Source: Candidatus Freyarchaeum deiterrae
GTDB taxonomy: Archaea > Asgardarchaeota > Jordiarchaeia > Jordiarchaeales > Jordiarchaeaceae
NCBI GenBank assembly: GCA_037305845.1
Contig: CP147778.1
Coordinates: 608,001 to 672,000 of the forward strand
Length of the DNA stretch: 64,000 nt
Direction: 5' to 3'
Shown here: positions 1 through 9,504 of the stretch, in pieces
How positions within the stretch are numbered: the stretch's first letter is position 1
Layout of the letters: each line of letters begins with the position of its first letter
Made by a program: the position numbers and the translations under genes
Notes under the pieces: generated by a model
The model's input: only the letters and a program-made list of their open reading frames with translations
Databases searched by the model: none
What the model was told of the DNA's origin: nothing

Positions 1-72
1 TCCCTTCATCGCTTTAAATAATTCCACCATCTGCTCGGATCTTTTTTTAATTTCGTCCTGTTCGTTTGACAT
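1..72 (-). CDS. 5' end of a hypothetical protein running off the window
   Basis: ATG at 72-70 preceded by a GAGGAG RBS; reads MSNEQDEIKKRSEQMVELFKAMKG to the window edge. Confidence 0.6.
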   Translation of the reverse strand, partial: MSNEQDEIKKRSEQMVELFKAMKG

Positions 73-205
73 AGAGATATCTCCTCTATCAGTTTTACAC
101 TTAAATTTCTAATGCTAATAAGCAACTAAAAAGTATTTGTATATGGCATTACAAAGATTTGAGCGAGAGAATAGACACACCACTTCAATTGATTATCTTT
201 GTATC

Positions 206-892
206 CTAAATTCTTCGAAGCCCATTAATGTTAGGGCAGACCTTTCTACAGATGTTGCACGAGAGAACCCATCCACCGCCTTCTGTGGTAGAGGTAGAGC
301 GTTCTCTACAAAGTTTTTGATTAATGGTTATCCCATCAAGAGCATGTTGCGGGCACGAATCTATGCACAACGTACATTTAGGGATACAGCTCTCATAAGA
401 GGCAATGGGATCCGGCTCTAGATCTATAGGTACAAGAATAGCACCGAGCCATATCATGTTTCCATATTTATCATTTATGAGAAGGGTGTTCTTTCCGATT
501 ACTCCAAGACCGGCTAGTTGTCCTGCATGCTTCAGTGAGAGAATACCTCTCCCCTGTCTTTTATCTGAATCCCAGTATTCGTAAGGGTCAGCGGAAGGTA
601 TAGGAATTGACATAATATTCTCTTTTTCTAGCCACTGGGAAAGATTAAACGCGATCCCATCTAGTTTATGCACCATCATGTTTCTTACGAAGGTGTATGG
701 AACGTTAGTCGTTGCTTGGAGGGTGCTAAGGGGGAAATGAGATGCAAAGACAATCACTGACTTGCAATCAACATAAATATCACATGGATGAAAACCTTTT
801 GGAGCATTTGCGAACCGAGCCACAGGAGCGATTCCACAAATATCTGCTCCTTCTTGAATTGCTCTCTTCTTAATTATTTTGGAGTTAATCAC
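206..892 (-). CDS. Epoxyqueuosine reductase (QueG)-like 4Fe-4S protein
   Basis: GADICGIA, SLKHAGQLAGLG.IGKN.LL, CxxCxxCxxxCP and CxxCxxxCP clusters. Confidence 0.8.
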   Translation of the reverse strand: MINSKIIKKRAIQEGADICGIAPVARFANAPKGFHPCDIYVDCKSVIVFASHFPLSTLQATTNVPYTFVRNMMVHKLDGIAFNLSQWLEKENIMSIPIPSADPYEYWDSDKRQGRGILSLKHAGQLAGLGVIGKNTLLINDKYGNMIWLGAILVPIDLEPDPIASYESCIPKCTLCIDSCPQHALDGITINQKLCRERSTSTTEGGGWVLSCNICRKVCPNINGLRRI

Positions 893-965
893 GATTCAAC
901 CTCGGAACTATTGAAAGACAGATTAATACTGTCATTACAATTTAGACAAATATATATGGGATTTT

Positions 966-2210
966 TTATGTGAAGCAGTATTTTGTTTCGCTGTATTCTT
1001 TTTTGAATTGGATTACTTCTTCTCTCACTTTTTCGGGTTTTTCACCCTTTATTATTACTCTATTTATTAGGTTAGCGATGTGTTCCATTTCGCTTTCTTT
1101 CATTCCTGTTCTGGTGCATTCTTGGGTTCCCAGTCTGATACCCGAAGGATCCTCGGTGTTTTCGTCTTTGTCCCAAGGTAGGAGGTTTTTGTTGCAGATT
1201 ATGTTTGCCCTTTCGAGCGTTTCGGCTACGGTTTTTCCACCCTTGTTTTCCCTCACGTCGACTACTACTTGGTGGGATTCTGTGAAACCTTTATGTTCGC
1301 AGAGAACGTTGAAGCCCATTTCGTATAGGCTGCTGGCTAGTTTCTTGGAGTTCTTCACTGTCTGATCCGCATATTTTTCTCCGAACTCTAGCATCTCAAT
1401 TAGAGTTATTGCTAGGGAAGGAAGTCGGAATAGGTGGTGGTTGGAAATCAGTCCGGGTAGAATGGCTTGTGCCACTTGCTTTGACATCTTATCGTTATCC
1501 GTATAAACCATGCCTCCTTGAGGCCCGGGGAATGTTTTGTGGCTTGATGAGGCGACCACATCGGCTCCCTCTCTCAAAGGATCTTGAAACCTCTTTCCCG
1601 CAATCAATCCTAAAACGTGAGAGGCATCATACAAAATTTTAGTATCACCTAGTAGTACTTCTTTAATCTCTTTTACTGGATGAGGGAACAGGAACAGGCT
1701 TCCTCCAAGGATAACTAGTTTGATTTCCTCATTTTTGAGGAGTGGTTTTAATTTGTCTACATCAATGTTCATTTCCTGGGGGTCGAACGGCATGTTTAAG
1801 GTTTTTAACCCTCTTACTCCTGCGGTTCCGACTGTGGAGTGGCTGATGTGCCCTCCGTCGTGAATATTCAGGTTTGCTATTTTGTCTCCGGGTTCGGTTA
1901 GGGCTACGTAAACACAGAGATTCGCTATCATACCAGATATTGGGCGGGGATCGAAATGTTTGCAATGGAAGAGTTTTTTGCCCAAATCTATTACTAGGGT
2001 TTCTATTTCATCGACATACTTTGTTCCTTGATAATGTCTTTTGTATGGTAGACCTTCAGCGTATCGGTGCATCATGTCGGAGTTGAAAACTTCTATCGCT
2101 TGAGGACTCATTATATTCTCACTTGCAATCAGATTAATGCATTCTTTTTCTCGCCAAGTGTTCTGTTTCTCCACTATTTCCAGTGTTTTTTGGAGCTGTT
2201 GCTTGGACAT
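966..2210 (-). CDS. glyA: Serine hydroxymethyltransferase
   Basis: LIASEN, YAEG.P.KR.Y.G, GGHISH, SSHKTFPGPQGG (PLP lysine), SGIRLGT. Confidence 0.97.
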   Translation of the reverse strand: MSKQQLQKTLEIVEKQNTWREKECINLIASENIMSPQAIEVFNSDMMHRYAEGLPYKRHYQGTKYVDEIETLVIDLGKKLFHCKHFDPRPISGMIANLCVYVALTEPGDKIANLNIHDGGHISHSTVGTAGVRGLKTLNMPFDPQEMNIDVDKLKPLLKNEEIKLVILGGSLFLFPHPVKEIKEVLLGDTKILYDASHVLGLIAGKRFQDPLREGADVVASSSHKTFPGPQGGMVYTDNDKMSKQVAQAILPGLISNHHLFRLPSLAITLIEMLEFGEKYADQTVKNSKKLASSLYEMGFNVLCEHKGFTESHQVVVDVRENKGGKTVAETLERANIICNKNLLPWDKDENTEDPSGIRLGTQECTRTGMKESEMEHIANLINRVIIKGEKPEKVREEVIQFKKEYSETKYCFT

Positions 2211-2485
2211 GTTCTGTATCTCCGCTAAATAGTAGAGAGACTAAAAGAATTTGACATTAAAAATATATCTCTTTAAAATCACACTAAATTAACACCGAGT
2301 TATAATTAATTAAAAACATAATCAGTAGAGCATCGGTTTTCCTGCTAAATAAACGTTGAAACCTGGTAATGGTTCCTTTTCTAAAAGTAAGTTGACTATT
2401 ATTTGCAAAACAACTTTTTATTTATCTATTTTTAGTAGATTGTTTCGACTAAGTTACTTTGAATAATGTGGGATGACTTCAACAG

Positions 2486-3019
2486 TTACTGTAATAAATT
2501 CTTCTTTTGATAATCCCTGATTTTTGTTTTACACTTTGCCATTGAAACAAGGTTGCAATCGAAGTTCCCCGCCTGCTCACCATCTATTTCACAAGAGAGT
2601 TCTTGTAGCTCTTTACTCAAGTGAGGACAGGGAATTTGTGACAATTCAGAAATTATTGAGTCACCTACCGTCCCATTAATATCACTGGGATCCGCATCGA
2701 AAATTTCAAACAAAGACCTATTGTCTTTTATAACCCTCAATATAGAGTCCTGAGCCTTTTCTACAAGCCCCGGCTTTTCCGCATCGGTTATCAGAAGAAG
2801 ATACCAGCCCTTTTTCTTAATGGAAAAAGACTTGATGTAAGCGTTCATGTCCTGAAAAGAAATTGTTTGGGGCGCTTCTCCTGTAACCTCTTTCCAGAAT
2901 GTCTGGGTGGCTGAGAAGATTCCCGCAACTAGGTCGGGGTCGGCCTCGATGGAGCCTAGTTTCAGACTCAGTGGGCAGATTCCGTCATCGTTTATTATGT
3001 ATATGTTGTGTAGGACCAT
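2486..3019 (-). CDS. Longin/roadblock-like protein with Cys-rich C-terminal tail (paralogue 1)
   Basis: HNIYIIN.DG.C...DPDLVAGIFSA..F..E pattern typical of Asgard longin-like domains; close paralogue at 5240-5779. Confidence 0.65.
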   Translation of the reverse strand: MVLHNIYIINDDGICPLSLKLGSIEADPDLVAGIFSATQTFWKEVTGEAPQTISFQDMNAYIKSFSIKKKGWYLLLITDAEKPGLVEKAQDSILRVIKDNRSLFEIFDADPSDINGTVGDSIISELSQIPCPHLSKELQELSCEIDGEQAGNFDCNLVSMAKCKTKIRDYQKKNLLQ

Positions 3020-3118
3020 ATGATCATCCCAGTTAACTTTCCAAAGCTTAGAGTTAGTTAGCTGTTTTATGTGATTTGATAAAACAGTTATACTATTTCG
3101 TTTCTATTAACGAATAAT

Positions 3119-3209
3119 TATTTAATAAAAATACCCGATATAATTTATTGCCGTTTTGATTTATCATGTTATAAATTATAAGGTTTTATGGAAATTGCGC
3201 AATATTCTT
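3119..3209. promoter_or_regulatory. Conserved promoter block, copy 1 (between longin-like gene and nadE)
   Basis: TATTTAATAAAAATA, TTATAAATTATA and TGCGCAATATTCTT recur at identical spacing at 6264-6354. Confidence 0.65.
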
Positions 3210-3442
3210 CATAATTTAAAAAGAGGTATAACAATCAGTAAAAAATGGCAAGCATATTCTTAGGCTAGACAAAAAGATTCTTGAGGAGATAGCACTCCTA
3301 AGCGAAAAATGAGAAACTCGCCATAAAAACCCTAAAAAGAAAAAAATCACCCGTTTCATAAACTATTTATTTAAAAAAAGAGAATTTATCGTAGTTTCAA
3401 CTTTTGCATCAAAAGGTAAAAAGTGCGTGTAAGCATTGAGAG

Positions 3443-5122
3443 GTGCTTTGCTTGAAAATTGCAATGGTTCAAATAAATTCTACCATGGGAGATTTAGAGG
3501 GAAACATAGAGAATATAAAAAAGTTCATTAATGAAGCAGAGGAACACCAAGCCGATCTGGTGGTTTTTCCAGAACTGGCAGTTCCTGGTTATCCACCTCA
3601 GGATTTGCTGCTTGAGAAAGCATTTGTGGAAAAAAACAAAGAGCTCCTTTTGAAATTAATCGAACAAAATAATGTTGACATAGCTGGAATAATTGGCTTC
3701 GTCGATTATAAAGGAAAAAAGCTGTATAATGCAGCAGCCATTTTTCACCGAAACAGGATTGTTGGTGTAATCTACAAAACTCTTTTGCCGACGTATGATG
3801 TGTTTGACGAGGACAGGTACTTCGAACCCCAAAACGAAGGGGAGATTAAGCCCATACCGATGCGCATTAATGGTGAGAAACTCAATCTGGGGGTTGAAAT
3901 TTGCGAGGACCTCTGGGATGAAAGTTATGATATAAAAGTTACAGATTTACTTGCAGAGAGAGGAGCCAACCTAGTTGTTAATATTTCCGCTTCTCCTTTT
4001 CATGTTGGAAAAAGGTTTGAGAGGGAAAGACTGCTAAGAGAGAAGTCTACCAAAAATAGGATTCCAATTTTTTATGCGAATCTGGTTGGTGGGCAGGATG
4101 AGCTCGTCTTTGATGGACAGAGCCTCGCGGTAGATAGTTCTGGTAATTTGATAGCTATTGGTAAACAATTCGAGGAAGATTTGGTGATAACTCAAATAGA
4201 CCTAAAGAGCGGTAAAACGGAGAAAATAAATCCTCCACCTTATCATAAAGAAAAAGAAATGCTTGAAGCCCTGGTGTTAGGAATACGTGACTATTATAGA
4301 AAAACTGGTTTTGAGAAAGCAGTCGTTGGTATGAGTGGAGGAATCGATTCATCACTCACAACCTGTATTGCAGTTGAAGCCTTGGGCAGAGAGAATGTCA
4401 TCGGCGTTTCCATGCCTTCCAAGTTTTCTAGTGGACATAGTAAAGGGGATGCTCAGAAATTGGCTGAAAATCTAGGGATATGCTTTGTTCAGGTTCCTAT
4501 TCAGGAAATTGTAGACACTTATCATAGAGTCTTGGAAGAACCTTTGGAGGAAATAAGAAAATATTATGGTGTGACGAAAGAAAGCGACGATCCAGTTGCA
4601 GATGAAAACATTCAGCCCAGAGCTAGGGGAAACAGTTTAATGGACATATCTAATCGGCTGAAAGATTTGAGAATATTAGTTCTGAACACGGGAAATAAGA
4701 CTGAGCTAGCCCTTGGTTACTGTACTTTATACGGAGACATGACCGGTGGAATTGGAGCTATCGGTGATGTGAGCAAGCTTGAGGTCTACAAATTAGCAAG
4801 ATATGTGAATGAAAAAGCGGGTAAAGAGATAGTGCCTGAGAATGTTTTTAAGAAAAAACCCTCTGCGGAGCTTGAGGCAGGGCAATTTGATCCCTTCGAT
4901 TTCGACATTGTCAGTCCATTAGTTGATGAGATTATCGAAAATAGGAGAAGCAAACAAGAGTTAATCGATATGGGTTACCCTGAGGAAGTTGTGGAGGATA
5001 CTTATAGAAGGATTAGAAGAGCGGAGTATAAGAGATGGCAGGCTCCACCTTGTGTAAAGATTACACCTAAAGCGTTTGGCATAGGATGGAAAATGCCCAT
5101 AGTTAATAGGTATAAGGGATAA
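3443..5122 (+). CDS. nadE: Glutamine-dependent NAD+ synthetase (likely start TTG 3452)
   Basis: Nitrilase domain (FPEL..PGYPP.D, K.LLP.YDVFDE.RYF, EICEDLW) plus SGGIDS, ENIQPR.RG, TGNKTE.ALGY.TLYGD, PSAEL. Confidence 0.97.
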   Translation: MLCLKIAMVQINSTMGDLEGNIENIKKFINEAEEHQADLVVFPELAVPGYPPQDLLLEKAFVEKNKELLLKLIEQNNVDIAGIIGFVDYKGKKLYNAAAIFHRNRIVGVIYKTLLPTYDVFDEDRYFEPQNEGEIKPIPMRINGEKLNLGVEICEDLWDESYDIKVTDLLAERGANLVVNISASPFHVGKRFERERLLREKSTKNRIPIFYANLVGGQDELVFDGQSLAVDSSGNLIAIGKQFEEDLVITQIDLKSGKTEKINPPPYHKEKEMLEALVLGIRDYYRKTGFEKAVVGMSGGIDSSLTTCIAVEALGRENVIGVSMPSKFSSGHSKGDAQKLAENLGICFVQVPIQEIVDTYHRVLEEPLEEIRKYYGVTKESDDPVADENIQPRARGNSLMDISNRLKDLRILVLNTGNKTELALGYCTLYGDMTGGIGAIGDVSKLEVYKLARYVNEKAGKEIVPENVFKKKPSAELEAGQFDPFDFDIVSPLVDEIIENRRSKQELIDMGYPEEVVEDTYRRIRRAEYKRWQAPPCVKITPKAFGIGWKMPIVNRYKG

Positions 5123-5239
5123 TGATGATGATGCGAAAAGAAGGTTTCCGATTTATCTTATATCCAAAATTTAGGACAATATGATTTGTGTTGGCATTTA
5201 TTAAGGTGAGTATGAACAACGTGATGAGTTCAACAGTGA

Positions 5240-5779
5240 CTATGATAAATTCTTCGTTTGGTAATCTCTGATTTTTGTTTGACATGATGACATAGAAACA
5301 ATGTTACAATTAAGGCCCACTATCGGCTTATAATCGATTTCACAAACGTCTTCGATCGATTTTTTCTTTGCGTGAGGACAGGAAATTTGTGACAATTTAT
5401 TAGTTATCAATTCACTCATGGTACTAGTTATATCTGTGGTATCAGCAAAAAAATTTTTAAATAACTCATTATTTTCTTCCACAATCTTCAATATATAATC
5501 CTGAACCTTTTCAACAAGCATCATCTTCTCCTTGTCGGTTACTAGGATGAGATACCAGCCCTTTTTCTCAATAGAAAAAGACTTGATGTAAGCATTCATG
5601 TCCTTAAAAGAAATTATTTTGGGCGTTTCCCCAGTAATCTCTTCCCATAGCTTCTGGGTGGCTGCGAAAATTCCAGCAACTAGGTCGGAGTTAGCTTCAA
5701 TAGAGCCTAGTTTCAAGTTCAGTGGACAGAGCCCTTCGCCATTTATTATGTATATATTGTGTATTACCATCATACTCAT
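5240..5779 (-). CDS. Longin/roadblock-like protein with Cys-rich C-terminal tail (paralogue 2)
   Basis: Colinear paralogue of 2486-3019 with the same four C-terminal Cys. Confidence 0.65.
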   Translation of the reverse strand: MSMMVIHNIYIINGEGLCPLNLKLGSIEANSDLVAGIFAATQKLWEEITGETPKIISFKDMNAYIKSFSIEKKGWYLILVTDKEKMMLVEKVQDYILKIVEENNELFKNFFADTTDITSTMSELITNKLSQISCPHAKKKSIEDVCEIDYKPIVGLNCNIVSMSSCQTKIRDYQTKNLS

Positions 5780-5915
5780 CTCGGTTCGCTCGGTTCGCTT
5801 TCTAAAGCTTGGCTTTAGATTTCTCTTTTTTGAGTATTTAAGTTCCCCCTGTTCATAACAAACATTTTCTTTCCTTGTTTTTCAAAAAATTTACGTGTTA
5901 ATTATGTGGGCAGGT

Positions 5916-6071
5916 TTATTGTTTGTTTATTTCAAATGTGTTATTAGTTTCATATGGATTAAAAGTTCCACAGTTATTGCAGATATATCCTCTAGTATAA
6001 CATTCCTCACACTCACAGTTTAATTTGGTAAAGGATCGACATTTTTCGCATAGTGCATAGATGATTTTCAT
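5916..6071 (-). CDS. Small Cys-rich zinc-finger-like protein (51 aa; not in ORF track)
   Basis: Hand translation MKIIYALCEKCRSFTKLNCECEECYTRGYICNNCGTFNPYETNNTFEINKQ*; GGGGG upstream of ATG. Confidence 0.65.
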   Translation of the reverse strand: MKIIYALCEKCRSFTKLNCECEECYTRGYICNNCGTFNPYETNNTFEINKQ

Positions 6072-6263
6072 TCATAAACCCCCTAAGCTTTCACATTGAT
6101 GTTTGAATTGTTCAGGGTTTTTTTCTAAGTTCAAATTTTATAACGATTTCCGAGAAATGTTTTTGGGAATAATTTCCTTTGCTTTCCAACACCTCTCGTA
6201 ACGCAAGTTCGGATAAGTTACTCCATTTTACTTAGCTTTGCGTTATTCTAATTGGTATATTAC

Positions 6264-6354
6264 TATTTAATAAAAATATCCAATATATTTTATTTTTGTT
6301 TTAGCAGATTTAATTATAAATTATACGAATTATTCGAAAATGCGCAATATTCTT
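6264..6354. promoter_or_regulatory. Conserved promoter block, copy 2 (between Zn-finger/longin unit and gdhA)
   Basis: Same three motifs and spacing as 3119-3209. Confidence 0.65.
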
Positions 6355-6510
6355 TGAGTTAAGGAAATACCACAAGCAAGGTAGAAATCAAAACCATTAC
6401 ACTAATAGCCTTGCTAAGCGACAACCAATTCAACCACAAAAATTTTATTTATGAAAGATTTTAAATTACCAAGCTCAAGTTTTGTACTGAGAAAAGCGCG
6501 AAACAATTAT

Positions 6511-6526
6511 CATTATTTAAATAATG
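6511..6526. promoter_or_regulatory. Perfect palindrome over the probable gdhA TATA box
   Basis: CATTATTTAAATAATG is self-complementary and contains TTTAAATA. Confidence 0.5.
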
Positions 6527-6631
6527 TGAATAGGAATCCGGTGAAGATTTTTGTCTTCTAATCTTCAACGGGTTTTCGAAGAGGTTGTGCTTCATATATA
6601 CAGGGAAATTTGATGAGAGGTGATTTGTTAA

Positions 6632-7951
6632 ATGAGTTCTAAGGAACGGTCTGAAAGGGAAGAGGAATTGGACTTTCTTAAGAGACTCAGGTCAGAATTT
6701 GAAGAATCTGTCCAGTTTATAGACAGAGAAGTAGAAACCCTTGAAAAAGGAATTGTTAAGTTATTAGAAGTGCCCTACAGGCAATTAATTGTTAGATTCC
6801 CGGTGCAAACAGATGATGGGTTAGTAAAAATGTATACGGGATACCGGGTTCAGCATAGTCGAGTGTACGAACCCACTAAGGGAGGCATAAGATTCGCTCC
6901 GGACGTGGATTTAGATTTGATTACTGCTCTCGCATTTGAGATGACACTGAAATGTCGTGTTGCGGATCTTCCTTTTGGCGGCGCAAAGGGAGGAGTATGT
7001 TGTAATCCGAAGGGTATGTCACGGAGAGAGCTTGAAAGGTTAACAAGAAGATACACTTACGAAATCTTTCCCACAATAGGCCCAGATTCTGATGTACCAG
7101 CACCAGATGTTGGTACAGGTGAGAGAGAAATGGGGATTATCTATGACACTTATAAAATGTTCAACCCAAAATCCCCAAATACCGAGGCCGTGGTGACTGG
7201 GAAACCAATCAATTTAGGCGGCTCAGTGGGCAGGACCGAAGCGACAGCAGAAGGCGGTTCCTATATTCTAGAAGAGGCTGTTAAACAAAAACACATCGAA
7301 GGATTAAACTCCCTGAGAGATGCTGCTGTCGTCATCCAAGGATTCGGGAATGTGGGATACTATACCGCAAAAATTCTCCAAGAGGATTATGGATGTAGAA
7401 TTGTAGGAGTATCTGATTCAAAGGGAGGAATATACAGCGAAAATGGATTGAACCCGAAAGATGTATTGAATCATAAAGGAAAGGTAAGTCGTGAAAGATC
7501 CGTAGTGGAATATAATGGACTTCAGCGTCTAACCACGGAGCAACTGTTGACAAAACCTTGTGATATTCTAGTCCCCGCTGCTAAAGAGACGCAAATTACG
7601 AATACAATTGCGAATGGCATAAAAGCCAAAGTAATCTTGGAACTAGCAAATGGACCCACCACCATTTCTGCCGATAAAATATTAATCGATAAAAACATCC
7701 TTGTACTACCCGATATACTTGCAAACGCTGGCGGAGTTACAGTGAGTTACTTCGAATGGCTTCAAAACAAAGCAGGTGAAAGCTGGGAACTGAGTCAGGT
7801 TAATGAAAGGCTGCATAAAAAAATGAAAAACGCTTACGAAAATGTATTCAAATTCGCTAAGGACTATAATCTCAGTATGAGAAAAGCTGCATTTGCCTAC
7901 GCTATCTTGGGATCTGTAAAAGTTTTACAGAATAGAGGCATCTTTCCCTAA
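6632..7951 (+). CDS. gdhA: Glutamate dehydrogenase (Glu/Leu/Phe/Val DH family)
   Basis: KGGIRF, LPFGGAKGG, DVPAPDVGT, VTGKP..LGGS.GR.EAT, QGFGNVG, PDILANAGGVTVSYFEW. Confidence 0.96.
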   Translation: MSSKERSEREEELDFLKRLRSEFEESVQFIDREVETLEKGIVKLLEVPYRQLIVRFPVQTDDGLVKMYTGYRVQHSRVYEPTKGGIRFAPDVDLDLITALAFEMTLKCRVADLPFGGAKGGVCCNPKGMSRRELERLTRRYTYEIFPTIGPDSDVPAPDVGTGEREMGIIYDTYKMFNPKSPNTEAVVTGKPINLGGSVGRTEATAEGGSYILEEAVKQKHIEGLNSLRDAAVVIQGFGNVGYYTAKILQEDYGCRIVGVSDSKGGIYSENGLNPKDVLNHKGKVSRERSVVEYNGLQRLTTEQLLTKPCDILVPAAKETQITNTIANGIKAKVILELANGPTTISADKILIDKNILVLPDILANAGGVTVSYFEWLQNKAGESWELSQVNERLHKKMKNAYENVFKFAKDYNLSMRKAAFAYAILGSVKVLQNRGIFP

Positions 7952-7955
7952 ATTC

Positions 7956-7972
7956 CCCTTACACTTTAAGGG
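7956..7972. terminator. Short hairpin between convergent gdhA and Lrp genes
   Basis: CCCTTA-CACTT-TAAGGG. Confidence 0.35.
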
Positions 7973-8003
7973 TTTAGTGATCCTACACATTTAGGGTTAG
8001 AAG

Positions 8004-8570
8004 TTAAAATTTTCCCCTATACAAGTTTGTTGTGGGGCAGGCTACACATTTCTCTTCTTGGTATCTAACACAATTTTTGCAGTCTACTCCGCATGGTGGT
8101 TTATCATTTTTTTGTGTAGGGGAGAGATTCACATCGAGGTAAGAGTCATAGAAGACTTCACTTATGGGGTAGAAATCTGATCTTCGGACGCCTTTCTGAC
8201 TTCTTATCGAACATTTTCCCATCGATATGCACTCTAATGTGCTTTGATCCTCAGCAATTACTATGGCGGCTAAGTTGTATCCACCTATGGATGTGAACAC
8301 TTTCGCTACTCTGGGGCATTTCTGGAATCTTTCTATGATGTTTTTCATATCTTCTAAAGTTTCGATTTCAAGAAAAACTAGTGCGGGCATTAGTTTTGTC
8401 TGCGAAACGTTAAGTAGTGCTTTTATTTTGATTGTCCCGCTTTTAGTTAGTTTGTCGAGCCTTTTTTTGATGCCCATACTGGTGTAGCCGGTCTTTTTGC
8501 TTATCTCTTGAAGGGTGGATCTTCCATCAATGCTTAACTGTTCAATTATTTTTTTATCAAGTTCGTCCAT
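8004..8570 (-). CDS. Lrp/AsnC-family regulator with C-terminal Cys cluster
   Basis: MDELDKKII..L..DGR.....I HTH; tail PCGVDCKNC...C.ACP. Confidence 0.85.
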   Translation of the reverse strand: MDELDKKIIEQLSIDGRSTLQEISKKTGYTSMGIKKRLDKLTKSGTIKIKALLNVSQTKLMPALVFLEIETLEDMKNIIERFQKCPRVAKVFTSIGGYNLAAIVIAEDQSTLECISMGKCSIRSQKGVRRSDFYPISEVFYDSYLDVNLSPTQKNDKPPCGVDCKNCVRYQEEKCVACPTTNLYRGKF

Positions 8571-8641
8571 TTTTCATTCCCGTAGCCTGATTATTGATTG
8601 GAAGCGGGTCATTCTTGCACTATTGCTAGAGTTAATGGCTT

Positions 8642-9181
8642 TTAGAGTTTTTTAGATATATTTTCTACTTCCGCTTCTAATTCCTCAATTTTGTTTCTTA
8701 AAAATTCTATTGTTTTTTCATTGTTTACTGTTTGTAGGGGGTTGGAGCAAACTGGACATTTAAACTTGGAATCTGCGGCTTCCTCGAAAGTGAGCTCTGG
8801 ACATTCTTTTGTGCCGCAGCAGAAGAAAACGTTTCTTTCGCATTCGAGTCTCTGCTTTAGCTTATCGATTGTAAGCAGAGCCTTTCTCCTATAGGCTAGG
8901 ATACTAGATTTCATGGGTAATAGTTTCCAAAAATGTGTAAAGTAACTTGTCTTAAGGTCCCGGACTGTGTGATAGGTTGCAACACGAGAATCGTAAAGTT
9001 TGTATAAGGTCTTTCTAACTTCATTAACAGTCATACCAGTCCTTGACGCGAGTTGTTCATCGGTAGATTCGTAATCAAAGGTGAGATGTTCTATGACCCT
9101 GAGAATGTCTTCGTCAAATTGTTCTCCAATGAGTGTTTGATAGGGTATACTTTCGGTTTCTTGACGGGCTGTTGATGCCAT
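8642..9181 (-). CDS. tfe: Transcription factor E (TFE/TFIIE-alpha)
   Basis: TDEQLA..TG..VNEVRK.LYKLY winged helix; zinc ribbon C..C...FEEA....F.CP.C..PL. Confidence 0.88.
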   Translation of the reverse strand: MASTARQETESIPYQTLIGEQFDEDILRVIEHLTFDYESTDEQLASRTGMTVNEVRKTLYKLYDSRVATYHTVRDLKTSYFTHFWKLLPMKSSILAYRRKALLTIDKLKQRLECERNVFFCCGTKECPELTFEEAADSKFKCPVCSNPLQTVNNEKTIEFLRNKIEELEAEVENISKKL

Positions 9182-9504
9182 TCTTCCAGTCCCTCCTTTT
9201 TTTTAATACCTGAATTGAAGTGTTTTTATTTTGTTGATTTACAATTGTAAACACTTCGCTATATAATTTATAAAGTAAACTACTTTTATACTTTGCGGTT
9301 AAAATATAAACTCTTCTTGTTTGAAACCTCTTCCCCGAGCCCCTGCACCACTAATTACGCAAAAAGAACCAATTAAACAACACCTGAGAAAGAAATACGT
9401 TATAAATGAATCAGAAGTAGCGCTTGCAACTTACTATTTTTTATAAAATTGAACCTTATTCCGAAAAGAGATATTTAAAACAGTATAAAGGACTAAATTA
9501 AAAC

